In this document: positions 24,401 to 35,514 of the stretch, piece after piece
How positions within the stretch are numbered: position 1 is the first letter of the stretch
Layout: every line of letters starts with the position of its first letter
Source of the DNA: Macrostomum lignano
Lineage: Eukaryota
Assembly (NCBI GenBank): GCA_002269645.1
Contig: NIVC01003635.1
Coordinates: 22,634-86,633 of the forward strand
Length of the DNA: 64,000 nt
Direction: 5' to 3'
The notes under the pieces: model-generated
Database searches by the model: none
Told to the model about the DNA's origin: nothing
What the model saw: the letters and a program-made list of their open reading frames with translations, nothing else
Translations under genes and position numbers: made by a program

Positions 24401-27400
24401 CTGATTCGTTTAATATGCGCTGGAATGCGAGTATTTTAGCTCCATTCTCTAGCAAATTTGGCTTGTAATTCTTCATGATTTCTTCAGCCCAATCTAGCGA
24501 CAACACGGCATTGTCATTGTTAGTCAGACTGCCGACATTGTTAAACAAATCGCTATTGTCGCTTTTCTGCACTGTGCTACGACGGCCGCGACTTTTCTTG
24601 GCCGGCGCAGCGGCCGAAGTTGAAGAGGTTGAAGCGACGGACTCGGCTAGCGAGGCGCCGCTCTGAACAGGAGTCAAACCGGCGGAGTCCTTGGCGCTGC
24701 CGGTCCCATCGACATCGCAGGTGTAATCAATATCCAGATCGTCAGCAGCGGCAGCCAGATTCGATGCTTTCGCTTGCAACAAGTGATAGAGAATGTCCGG
24801 ATGATTCCAGATTTTGCAACCGACAGCGAATGCTTTCAAAGGATTTGCGGCCGCCCAGCCTGACAGGCCATCGGATTGCAGACTCTGCATGAACCTGGAG
24901 TACAGGGCCTCCTGAATCGGACTCATTCTCAACAGTAGGACAAATTCAGTCTTCGGCGGCAACGATTTCTGCAGCACCGAATGCGACCGACGTTGGACGA
25001 AACCGGACAAGAGTTCGTGCAAGACGTGCGCCCTGTAGCGCATGAGTTTCCGATCGGACAGAGTGGAATCGACACACTGACCGTTGCTAATTGGCCGCTC
25101 GAACATATTTGAGAACTGCTGTTTGGTACCAAGAAAATTTGGCCTAACAAAATCTACCATGCACCAGTACTCTAGCAGGTTGTTCTGCAGCGGATAGCCG
25201 GTCATTACCACGCGTCTTCGTGTTTTTAAATTTTTCAACGCTTTACTAATTCCGGCTGCCGAATTCTTAATCCGATGACCCTCGTCGCAGATGACCACCT
25301 GGGGTCCCGGATCTACTAGGGCTGAGCGGACCTGCTCCCAAATGGTCAGGGCTTCGTCTTCTTTGTCCACGTCAATCACAATGGGATCTGGTTCCGGTTT
25401 CGGCTGGGATTGGGATTGACTGCCGCTTTGAGTCTGCAGGCTGGCCGAGCTGCCGGATCTGCGACTCAACGAGCGAGACGAGTTGCTGCCGCCGCCGCCG
25501 CCAGTCTTGTAGCGCTTCTGCAACAGCAGGCGGAACATCTCGTAGCCTAGCAACAGGACGCCGCCAGCCTCCTGCCATTGGCTGATTACTCTGTGCCTGC
25601 AATGTTGGGCAGTGAGTGATTTATTGAGACTTTCAAGTGGGAGATAAATGCACTGATTAAATTAGTTATTAAGTGAGTGAATGATTGGGTAAATAATTAA
25701 GTAAATGAATGAGTGAACGATCTAGTAAATGAGTGAATTATTGAGTAAATGAGTGAATGATTGAGTAAATGAGTGAATGATTGAGTGAATGGTCGAGTAA
25801 ATGAGTGAATGATTGAGTAAATGAGTGAATTATTGAGTAAATGAGTGAATGATTGAGTAAATGAGTGCATGATCGAGTAAATGAGTAAATGATTGAGTAA
25901 ATGAATGAGTGAGCGATCTAGTAAATGAGTGAATGATTGAGTGAATGAGTGAATGATTGAGTGAATGAGTGAATGAGTGAATGATTGAGTGAATGATTGA
26001 ATGAATGAGTGAATGATTGAGTGAATGAGTGAATGATTGAGTGAATGAGTGAATGATTGAATGAGTGAATGATTGAGTGAATGAGTGAATGATTGAGTGA
26101 ATGAGTGAATGAGTGAATGATTGAGTGAATGATTGAATGAATGAGTGAATGATTGAGTGAATGAGTGAATGATTGAGTGAATGAGTGAATGATTGAATGA
26201 GTGAATGATTGAGTGAATGAGTGAATGATTGAGTGAATGATTGAGTGAATGAGTGAATGATTGAGTGAATGAGTGAATGATTGAGTGAATGAGTGAATGA
26301 TTGAGTGAATGAGTGAATGAGTGAATGATTGAGTGAATGATTGAGTGAATGAGTGAATGATTGAGTGAATGAGTGAATGAGTGAATGATTGAGTGAATGA
26401 TTGAATGAATGAGTGAATGATTGAGTGAATGAGTGAATGATTGAGTGAATGAGTGAATGATTGAGTGAATGAGTGAATGATTGAGTGAATGAGTGAATGA
26501 TTGAGTGAGTGAGTGAATGATTGAGTGAATGGTTGAGTAAATGAGTGAATGATCGAGTAAATGAGTGAATTATTAAGTAAGTGAGTGAATGGTTGAGTAA
26601 ATTATTGAATAGTCGAGTAAATTATTGAATGGTCGAGTAAATGAGTGAATTATTAAGTAAGTGAGTGAATGGTCGACTAAATGAGTGAATGAATGATCAA
26701 GTGAATTAATGATTGAATGCGTGAGTGAGTGAGCGAGCGACTTACCTGGCGGTCATAGTCTTGCAGGAGTCGCTAATAACGTGCAGTGCAAATTTGCGCT
26801 TATCAGCCTCATCCGGACAGGCGGCCTCATCAACCGGCAGCCAGTGATTGAACTCCGCCACCCAATTCTGAATGGTGTTGATTGGCACAATGATAAGCAC
26901 CGATTTCACGCCTACTCCGCTAAATAAAGCGTGGCAGAAGGCGCACACCTGAAATTATGCGAGAAATAAGATCTCTTCACGTTTTTTTTAGAAAATTAAA
27001 TTCAGAGAGAATTTTAATAAAGTTAAACACAGGTTGTCAAAGCTGTAAATCTCTTTGTTCAATGGGCATGCCAGTTGTCTAATAGAGTCCGAACTCTAAT
27101 CTAACAGGCTTAAAGACCTTACCTAACAGTTATAGAGCCATTATCTAACAGGCAAAAAGACCTTATCTAACAGTTACGGAGCCATTATCTAACAGGCATA
27201 AATACCTTATCTAACAGTTAGAGAGCCCTTATCCAACAGGTGTAAAGGCCTTATCCAACAGTTACAGAGTCATTATCCAACAGTTACAGAGCATTTATGT
27301 AATAGGCATAAATACCTTATGTAACAGTTAGAGAGTCCTTATCCAAAAGTTACAGAGCCCTTATCTAAAAGTTACAGAGCCCTTACCAACAGTTACAGAG

Positions 27401-30400
27401 TCCCTATCCAACAGTTACAGAGCCCTTATCTAAAAGTTACAGAGCCCTTACCAACAGTTACAGAGTCCCTTACCAACAGTTACAGAGTCCCTATCCAACA
27501 GTTACAGAGCCCTTATCTAACAGGCATAAATACCTTATGTAACAGTTAGAGAGCCCTTATCCAATAGGTGTAAAGACCTTATCTAACAGTTACAGAGTCC
27601 TTATCCAAAAGTTACAAAGCCCTTATTTAAAAGTTAAAGAGCCCTTATCTAACAGTTAAAGAGCCCTTATCTAACAGGCATAAATACCTTATCTAACAGT
27701 TACAGAGTCCTTATCTAAAAGTTACAGAGACCTTACCAACAGTTACAGAGCCCTTATCTAACAGGCATAAATACCTTATCCAACAGTTACAGAGCCCTTA
27801 TCTAACAGGTGCAAAGACCTTATCTAAAAGTTACTGAGGCCTTATCTAACAGTTACAGAGCCTTTATCTAGCAGATGCAAAGCAAAGCCAAATATAAAAA
27901 GCAACAAAAGTGTCCATCGCACACCAACCTGCAGAGTCTTGCCCAGTCCCATACTGTGCGCCAGTATACAACCAAATCCTGGCGTACTATTAAACAATTG
28001 CAAATTCTCCACAACATTATCGTATAGGAAACGAACTCCGCCAATTTGATGCGGCCTAATAGCCTTGGCTATCCGGCTTGGCAAATAGATGTCGCTATCG
28101 TCCTGCGGATGACTGACATTCACCAGTACGCGACCAGATACATCTGGCACATTGTGCTCATCTTTAGCATGCTTGCCGTCAACATCAACGCCATCGTCTT
28201 CGTCTTCTTTATCGGCGGCGGCGTCGGAGTCTTCATTGCCGGCATCCTCATTATCGTCGCTGTCAATCACGATAGTCTCCTGTTGCTGCTGCAGCGGCGA
28301 AGACACGCCTCGGCCAGTGAGCAGCTGATTTAAACTGCTGTACTGCGGCACCCGATTGAGCAGGTTGCGACCGACAGAGAAATTCGACGAAGAATAATAG
28401 CCAGAAGACGATGAGGGAGCGGATGGTATTAAGAATTTGGCTGACGCGGACGTTGGCGAAGATGTCTTGGATCGTTTCGCTGGAGGCGGTTCCACGATGC
28501 AACAGGCGTCGTCGTCTTCTTCGTCATCACGATCCTCATCCTCATCATTCGTCTTATCGGCTTTCGAGCCTGTAGTAGAAGTTTCAGCGGCTGCTGCTGC
28601 TTTTGCTGCTAAGCGATCTTCTTTAGTTTCAAGCAGAGTTTCTAAGGTGGACGCCTTGGCGGCTGCGGCGGAGGCGGAGGCCTGCTGCTGCTTCTCTTGG
28701 ATTCGCTTTCTACGCTCCATCTCGGCTTTTTGAGCTTCGAGTGTCGCTTTGTCAACTTTTGTGTCGCGTATTCGACGAATATTGCGACGCTCGAATAGAG
28801 TCTTGGATCGCTTGGTGGGACTGTCTTCGGATGTCGGGGCAGCCGCCGCCGAAGATGCCGGGGTCTGCTGGCGCTGGCGTCTGCGATGGCGGGTGGGTGA
28901 CAGGTGCGGCATGGAGCTTGCTGGGGATCTGGGAGAGGTAAAGAGTCATGGGGATCTGGGAGAGGTGAAGAGTCATGGGGATCTGGGAGAGGTGAAGAGT
29001 CATGGGGATCTGGGAGTGTAGCGCCATGGGGATCTGGGAGAGGTGAAGAGTCATGGGGATCTGGGAGAGGTGAAGAGTCATGGGGATCTGGGAGAGGTGA
29101 AGAGTCATGGGAATCTGGGTGTGTAGCGCCATGGGATCTGGGAGAGGTGGAGTCATGGGGATCTGGGAGAGGTGAAGAGTCATGGGGATCTGGGAAGAGT
29201 CATGGGGATCTGGGAGACGTGAGAAATGTGAGATGTGAGAAATCGACTATTTTGTGCAACCAGCATTTTGTATTTCATCACTTACTTTGCCTCTTTTGCT
29301 GCAGCTTTGATCAATTCGTTCTGATCCACACCTGGCGGCAGCAGATCCTCGGCCGATTTACCTGCATTGTCATCCTCATCACAGTCTTCTTCTGTAGAAT
29401 CTTCGTCGTCGTCGTCGTCGTTGAAATCTTCGTCGAATTCTGCAGTTCCATGTTCAGCCGGACTGTCTTCGACTCCGGCTTCAGAGAAGAAGAAATCGGT
29501 GGGGTCGCACTCGTCCGATACGAGGCAGTCCAGGCCCATGATTTCCGCCACGGCCGCTTCGGCAGCTGCTTCCACAGCGTCACCGTTTGCGGCGGACTGC
29601 GCTTGATCTAATTGATAAAGAAAGATAATAGTAGCAACAGCATGGGGATGGGAGAGTGGAGACGGCGCAGCAACTGAGGATCTGTGAGGCTGGCCCAGCA
29701 ACTGACACTCTGGGAGGCTGGCCCAGCAACTGAGGATCTGGGAGGCTGGTCCAGCAACTGAGGATTTAGGAAGCTGGCCCAGCAACTGAGGATCTGGGAG
29801 GCTGGCACAGCAACTGAGGATCTGGGAGGCTGGCCCAGCAACTGACACTCTGGGAGGCTGGCCTAGCAACTGACACTCTGGGAGGCTAGCCCAGTAACTA
29901 AGGATCTGGGAGGCTGGGCCAGCAACTGAGGATTTAGGAGGCTGGCCCAGCAATTGACACTCTAGGAGAGGCTAGCACAGCAACTGACACTCTGGGAGGC
30001 TGGCCCAGCATCTGACACTCTGGGAGGCTGGCCCAGCAACTGAGGATCTGGGAGGCTGGCCCTGCAACTGGGGATCTGGGAGGCTGGCCCTGCAACTGGG
30101 GATCTGGGAGGCTGGCCCAGCAACTGACACTCTGGGAGGCTGGCCCAGCAACTGACACTCTGGGAGGCTGGCCCAGCAACTGACACTCTGGGAGGCTGGT
30201 CCAGCAACTGACACTCTGGGAGGCTGGCCCTGCAACTGACACTCTGGGAGGCTGGCCCAGCAACTGACACTCTGGGAGGCTGGCCCAGCAACTGCGGATC
30301 TTGAAGCGTCTGAGGATCTGGAGCAAATAAAGTTAAAGACCCAAATTTCATAGTCTAAACCAAGTGCACGTTCGCAGGGGCATTGCAAAAAAGTTTTATA

Positions 30401-30670
30401 TTGCTTACTAACTGCAGCAGAGTTTTGAACGCTTGAAAGCGCATCATTTTCTTCTAAAACCGACATCGGTTTAGCAGTGTCACGCACTGAAGCAGACTCT
30501 CCACTACCGTTGATGCCAACTGTAGTCAAGTCCTGCTTCTGCTGAAGATCTTGCTTCATCAGCAATTTCTGTTGTTGTTCCTCCTCTTCTTGCTGTTGCC
30601 CATTAAATGATTCAAGAGAATTATTGAAGCCGAATACCTGGGAATCGCGGTGCACAATAGCTTTGCTCAT
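19659..30670 (-). CDS. RAD54L2: Helicase ARIP4 (ATRX-like SNF2 family); join 30670-30409, 29607-29286, 28928-27929, 26948-26746, 25596-23841, 22720-21191, 20561-19659 = 5976 nt, 1991 aa
   Basis: ARIP4-type motifs RPHQIGGVRFLYDNVVE, CILAHSMGLGKTLQV, ICDEGHRIKN, TGYPLQNNLLEYWCMVDFVRP, FERPISNGQCVDST, LLDRQEAKLTRAEKRKA; all GT-AG junctions are phase-consistent (1,2,0,2,0,0). Confidence 0.9.
20850..21012. repeat. Degenerate (CTAACC/TTAACC)n hexamer tract, intron 6
   Basis: Telomere-like hexamers. Confidence 0.8.
21191..22720 (-). CDS. RAD54L2: RAD54L2 exon 6 (includes long polyQ)
   Basis: TTCTCCAG|GCT ... CAG|GTGAGT, 510 codons. Confidence 0.85.
22788..23770. repeat. 33-bp minisatellite (GGATAAATCAGTGACCCACTAAAGACACCACAG), intron 5
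   Basis: About 30 units including shorter 21-bp variants. Confidence 0.93.
23841..25596 (-). CDS. RAD54L2: RAD54L2 exon 5 (DEGH box, helicase C domain)
   Basis: TTGCAG|G CAC ... CAG|GTAATG; motifs II-VI including LSTRAGCLGINL and QAVCRVYRYGQ. Confidence 0.92.
25660..26740. repeat. (GAGTGAATGATT)n-type simple repeat, intron 4
   Basis: Direct reading. Confidence 0.95.
26746..26948 (-). CDS. RAD54L2: RAD54L2 exon 4 (motif Ia)
   Basis: TTTCAG|GTG ... AG|GTAAG; VLIIVPINTIQNWVAEFNHW. Confidence 0.9.
27095..27870. repeat. 22-bp minisatellite (GAGCCCTTATCTAACAGTTACA), intron 3
   Basis: Degenerate tandem units. Confidence 0.9.
27929..28928 (-). CDS. RAD54L2: RAD54L2 exon 3 (to Walker A)
   Basis: CTCCCAG|A TCC ... 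CAG|GTTGGT; AHSMGLGKTLQ. Confidence 0.85.
28929..29220. repeat. 27-bp minisatellite (CTGGGAGAGGTGAAGAGTCATGGGGAT), intron 2
   Basis: About 10 units abutting the exon 3 acceptor. Confidence 0.9.
29286..29607 (-). CDS. RAD54L2: RAD54L2 exon 2 (acidic)
   Basis: TCAATTAG|AT ... AA|GTAAGT; D/E-rich; phases fit neighbours. Confidence 0.72.
29670..30325. repeat. 28-bp minisatellite (CTGGGAGGCTGGCCCAGCAACTGACACT), intron 1
   Basis: About 23 units, two alternating variants. Confidence 0.92.
30409..30670 (-). CDS. RAD54L2: RAD54L2 putative first coding exon
   Basis: ATG 30670, donor A|GTAAGC phase 1 matches exon 2; no recognisable homology. Confidence 0.55.
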
Positions 30671-30719
30671 GCTTGCTAGACTGCCACCAGATTAGAGCAT
30701 TCTCTTGGCTTGCAGCAAG

Positions 30720-33060
30720 CATATGAATTTTTGTAATTCTTCTTTGTTATGTAGCCAAAAATCATGAAATTATTAACAATGTTTATATTGCTCAATAACA
30801 ATGCCAGGAATGTTTTTTAAATAAGGATTGATTGTAGCCAAGAAAAATAATCTTATACTGTTTTTTTCAGTATTGAACAAATCAGGATTGATTGTAGCCA
30901 AGAAAAATAATCTTATACTGTTTTTTTCAGTATACACAGCACTAAGTCATCGCTAGTGGTCGAACTAGTCGCCAGAGAACATTTGTTGCAGAGTTTTGCT
31001 GAGTTGATGATTGTTCATTGTCTTATTGTCTTAAAAAAGCAAGTTTGTCCTTCAGATTAGTCAAAAACTTATCACAATGTCATATTTTTTCCATCAGAAT
31101 TTACAACATATTGTAGGAGTCCTTCTATATTCTGGCATTGTTGCATTGAAGTCAGCCATACCTAATAGACAGTATAGAAAATTTCGTCTGTTGAGTACAT
31201 CTATTACAGTTCTTTGCAACCCTAAAAGTTCACAAGAACTAATCAGCTATGCTTATAAAATTTGTGTCAACTAGTGTTGCATGGTATAGAAGAATTTTTC
31301 TTTCTTATAATATTCATTGTCTTATTAGTTTAGCAAATGAAATTGAGAACCATGGTCTACTTGACCCTTTTTTCTGCTTTCAAGTTTGAAAATCATATAA
31401 AAATTATTAAAGAAATGATTTGTTTTAAGAATATACCAATGATTGTTAATAGACTTCAAGAATTAGAACATAGTAAATTGTTTTAGATAATAGTTAAAAA
31501 GTGAAGTCAGTCAAGTTTACAACTTTAACATGTCCTAGGATCTATTCTGGGGTATTTAAAATGTGATTCTATTGATCAGTTCTATTCATGGCATAATGAA
31601 GATAATTTTCTTTCTTTATCTCCAAGTGATTTTAATGTTTTAAATAATACAGGTATTTTCTATGATGACTAATGTCATGTATAACAAAATCCCCTCATGG
31701 TTTGCCAAAGATACAAATACAAAAAGTCCTTTTTGACTATCCTATAGATTTATATAATAAAAATATTTTTGTAGAATATGATTGAATTATAATCTTACAT
31801 GTTTACATTCAAGGACAATTTTAAAGAAGTTATATTGTCTTCTAATAGATTTTAGAGTGCTATTTGTCCTTATGCTTTGTTAGACAAAAATTCTCCGCTG
31901 TACCACAATTTCCTATATCTTTTTATATTATTCTTTTTCTTGAAAGGAGTATGGAGTATGTGAGTGAAAAGTGGCTTGTTAGAAGAATATAGTTCAAATG
32001 GACAAAATATGGATATGTAGAAATCAAGCACCTGCAAAATCATCAAGCTGCACCATCTAATGATTAGTAGTTATATTGTGTAAATTGCTTTCTTGCACAC
32101 TTGATGAAACCATTGCAAAGCAAAGTTTGCTACAAGCTTTTGAGGGTACTAATGACCTAACTTCTAATTTGCAGATCTCTACAATCTTATGAGTTGTTTC
32201 TACCCAAAAAATTTGCCATAGGAGCTTTTTTCTATAATGAAGATTTGAGAAATTGATCATCATGCTTCTAAAATGGCAAGCTTTAATAAGAAGTCAGATG
32301 ATTCCAACAGAGAACTATTGAGCTTTTTGTTATAGTCATTTCTAGTCTAGTATGTTTCTTTATTTCTAAATATAATACATTTTATTTCAACATGTTACTA
32401 TAGCCTTAATAGTTGCCAATACAGTAGACAAGGTGACTCCTAGTCAAAGTACATCTTTTGCAGCATAGAGAGGTGCTAATATAGCCAACAAGGCAATTCC
32501 TAGTCAAAGTGCATTGTTTATAGTACTAATAGGTGCCATTATAGGTACAAACCTTTTATTTATTCTTGCTATAGCATCACCATCACTATTCAGCTTCTAT
32601 GAAAAAATACAGAAAAAGCATTTAGCACAACAGGTCTAGCCTTGTCTGCTTTGTGCAGCCAAACTGTCAGTTAAGAAAAATAACAATGTTGAAAAATTCC
32701 ATTGAACTTATGCCCAATTAAAAAAGTAGATTGCATCCTTAATTTGACTTTAGAAAGTCAAAACAAACATGAAAGTATAAATTTCATTTGTTAATAAAGG
32801 AGTTGAATGTATAAAAAGTTAAAACAATTCTAATTTTGCTTTGCTAAATCTACTATTTAGTACCTTTCAAGGTATTGGTTTTATACAGAATGAGATCAAG
32901 TCCTTGGTTGGTAGAATAAGGGGATAGAACTCCCATTGCCAAAATTTTATTCTGTGAAATCTATTAGCTAAATCCCATGACCCAAACCTTATCCTATTCT
33001 CCAAATGCTATATAGAATATCTTTAAAATGGCATATCTTATATATTTTCCTTATTTGCGA
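30720..33060 (-). mobile_element. Possible very old AT-rich LINE remnant
   Basis: Faint RT-like traces on the minus strand (LLY.D.IVII near 31670, KLWY near 31900); many stops. Confidence 0.3.
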
Positions 33061-33089
33061 AAATTGACTGCTATCATCCCATCTGAGAC

Positions 33090-33635
33090 TCTCCTATCTT
33101 TTGTCTCCTCTTTGCTATCTTTTGTCTCCTCTTTGCTCTCTTATCTCTCATCTTTTCTTTATCATCTTGTTTTTCTCTCCTTTCCTTTAATCTCTAATCA
33201 CTTATCTTTTCTCTCTTATCTTTTTGGCTCTACTCCCTCTTATAACTTCTCTTCTCTTCTCTCTTTTTTTCTTTTCTCCCCTCTATTTTTTTCTTCCTAT
33301 TTCTTTTTGTCTTTTTTCTCTGTTCTATTCTCTTTTATTTCTATTTTTCTTCTCTTATCTGATTTCTCTAGTCTTTTATCTATTCTCTATTCTATCTTGT
33401 CTTTGCTCTTTTTTTCTCTCTTTTTGTTCTCATGTCTCAAGTTTATATTTTCTTTACCTTTTCTTTTCATCTTTCTTTTCTTCTCTTTACTGTTTTTTGT
33501 CTTCTTTTTTCTTTTTTGTTCTTTTTCTCTCATTATTTTTGCCTTATTCCCCTTTTTCTTGTTTCTATTATCTTTAATCTATTCTCTCATATCTACTTTC
33601 TTTTCTATTATTTCTCCTTTTGTCTTTCTATTTTT
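33090..33635. repeat. Polypyrimidine (CT/T-rich) low-complexity tract
   Basis: Direct reading. Confidence 0.9.
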
Positions 33636-34866
33636 ATAGGCCTATCTGACTGACTAAAGATCTTAATAATAAAACCAATTGAAATTTATCACCTGCCTTT
33701 TCTATTACTAAAATTAGGCTTACTTAAATGATAGCTGGCTTGAATGTGTGTAGTATATACATAGGCCTATGCAGAAATGTTCCAAAAGTGAATTTTGTAT
33801 CAAAATCAAAATTGAAATCAAAATTTGCTACTTTCCAAAATTGAAATTGAAATTTTTCAAAATCAAAATTAAAAAAAAACAAAGTTTAGCATGACTAATA
33901 CTCACTTTTTACAAATTTAATGCTCATGCAAAACAAAATGCATATATGTATACTATAGCAGAAGTTAGTTTATTTTCAACCACTGAATAGGGGGCCTAAA
34001 TAGAAGTGCAAATTCAAAGTCAAATACAAATGTCAAAAAAACTTTTTATATATTTCATGTTATCTATGTATACCCCTTGCTTTTAGGTTGTGTGTAGGCC
34101 TACATATAATGTAATTGATGCCTTCTTATTCAATGAGTGCAGAAGTCAACTATTATAAATTTCAATATAGTTTAAGCAACTAGCCTATATGGTATAGGTA
34201 CTGTTATTTTTGTGGGTATAACTTTTGTTTTCTAGTATTGATTTTTTAAATAAAAAAATCAGTCTAGTAGAAGAGATTTGCCGCTATCAGTTTATAAAAT
34301 TTTAAATCACAGGAAGCTATAGAATAAGAGCTACAATTAAAATTAATACTATTTGTCTTTTGAGACACTCTTCCCTCATAGTCTAACTTGTAACTGGGAT
34401 GTTAAAATTTAGAATGCCAAAATTAAAGGGCCTAGGCCTAATGATTTTTTAGTAATGTATCAGGGCAGAAACTCACACAAGAAAAACCTAGACTAGCCCT
34501 AGGCCTAGGTCTATGCCTGGTTATTAAACAACTTATTATAAGGGCATCTTGTTAAATTTATGGATTTTAACAGACTAACAGTAACATCTTGTAATGGAAA
34601 TATTGACTATGTCTATGTATAATTCATGGTTGAAGTAGTCAGGACCTAGGAATAAAAAAGTGACAGACTTAGGCCCCTACTAATGAAACTTTCGCAAAAA
34701 TTAGTTTAATATGAATATTCATTTTACTTTTATAATTATAAAAATAGTTATTTGCCAAGATTTAAATTTTAACGTCCTTTCTTGTGTCTAAACAGTGGCT
34801 TAGCCGTCAGATGTAAATAATACTGGCTTCTTATTACAGAAGATCACCAAAATTAGTGCAAGGACT

Positions 34867-35153
34867 CAGTGGCGGATCTAGAGTTTCATTTTGGGGGGGG
34901 GCGGTCCAAGTTTGGGGCGCCAACACGAGTGTAAGGGGCGCCAATTTTTAAGCTAGGGGGCGTAAAAAATGCATGTAGGGGGCGAAAAATCAAGCTTAGG
35001 GGCGCAAAAAAGGCGTTTGGGGGCAAAGAATCAAGTTTAGGGGACGCAAATTTAGGTTTTGGGGGGCGCAATATGTTCGGTCAAGCTATTTTTTTTTTTG
35101 GGGGGGGGCGGTCGCGTCCTCTAAATCCGGTTGTCCCCCTAAATCCGCCCCTG
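34867..35153. mobile_element. hAT-type MITE (287 bp) with 8-bp TSD CAAGGACT
   Basis: TIRs CAGTGGCGGATCTAG / CTAAATCCGCCCCTG; TSD at 34859-34866 and 35154-35161. Confidence 0.88.
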
Positions 35154-35514
35154 CAAGGACTACCTAATTAGAGAGTACTACTACAACTAGATCAGTGTTG
35201 TTACTAAAGAAAAAATAATATTTTTTAAAAACTACTTTAAATTTTGACAAGAAGTGAAACAAATTTATCAAAAGAATCTAAAGTATAAAATGTCTTTTTT
35301 ATTATGTTTAGTTAGTATGACTTAAAATTATTGTGCCTAATAGTCTTTTACCTTTCCAGTGCAATTAAACGTTGTAAAACTTTAGGTTTTTGACATTTCG
35401 GGTTTATGATATTTTGGGAACCGATCAAAAGGGCGACAGTTAAAGGGAAACCGTCAATATATTTATTGGAATTTCGAGTTCAGAATTAGACTTGTATTTG
35501 TTAATGTACATGTA

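Noticed and set aside
19659-30670. Calling the helicase ATRX
   Set aside because: No ADD domain seen; TGYPLQNN, MRYRAHVLH and the post-helicase AKLTRAEK motifs fit ARIP4/RAD54L2.
33028-33653. Hydrophobic multi-TM ORFs
   Set aside because: Translation of a polypyrimidine tract gives F/L/S-rich ORFs in all frames.
35440-35460. TTAA-AGGGAAAC as a Kolobok/piggyBac end
   Set aside because: No partner inverted terminus found in the window.
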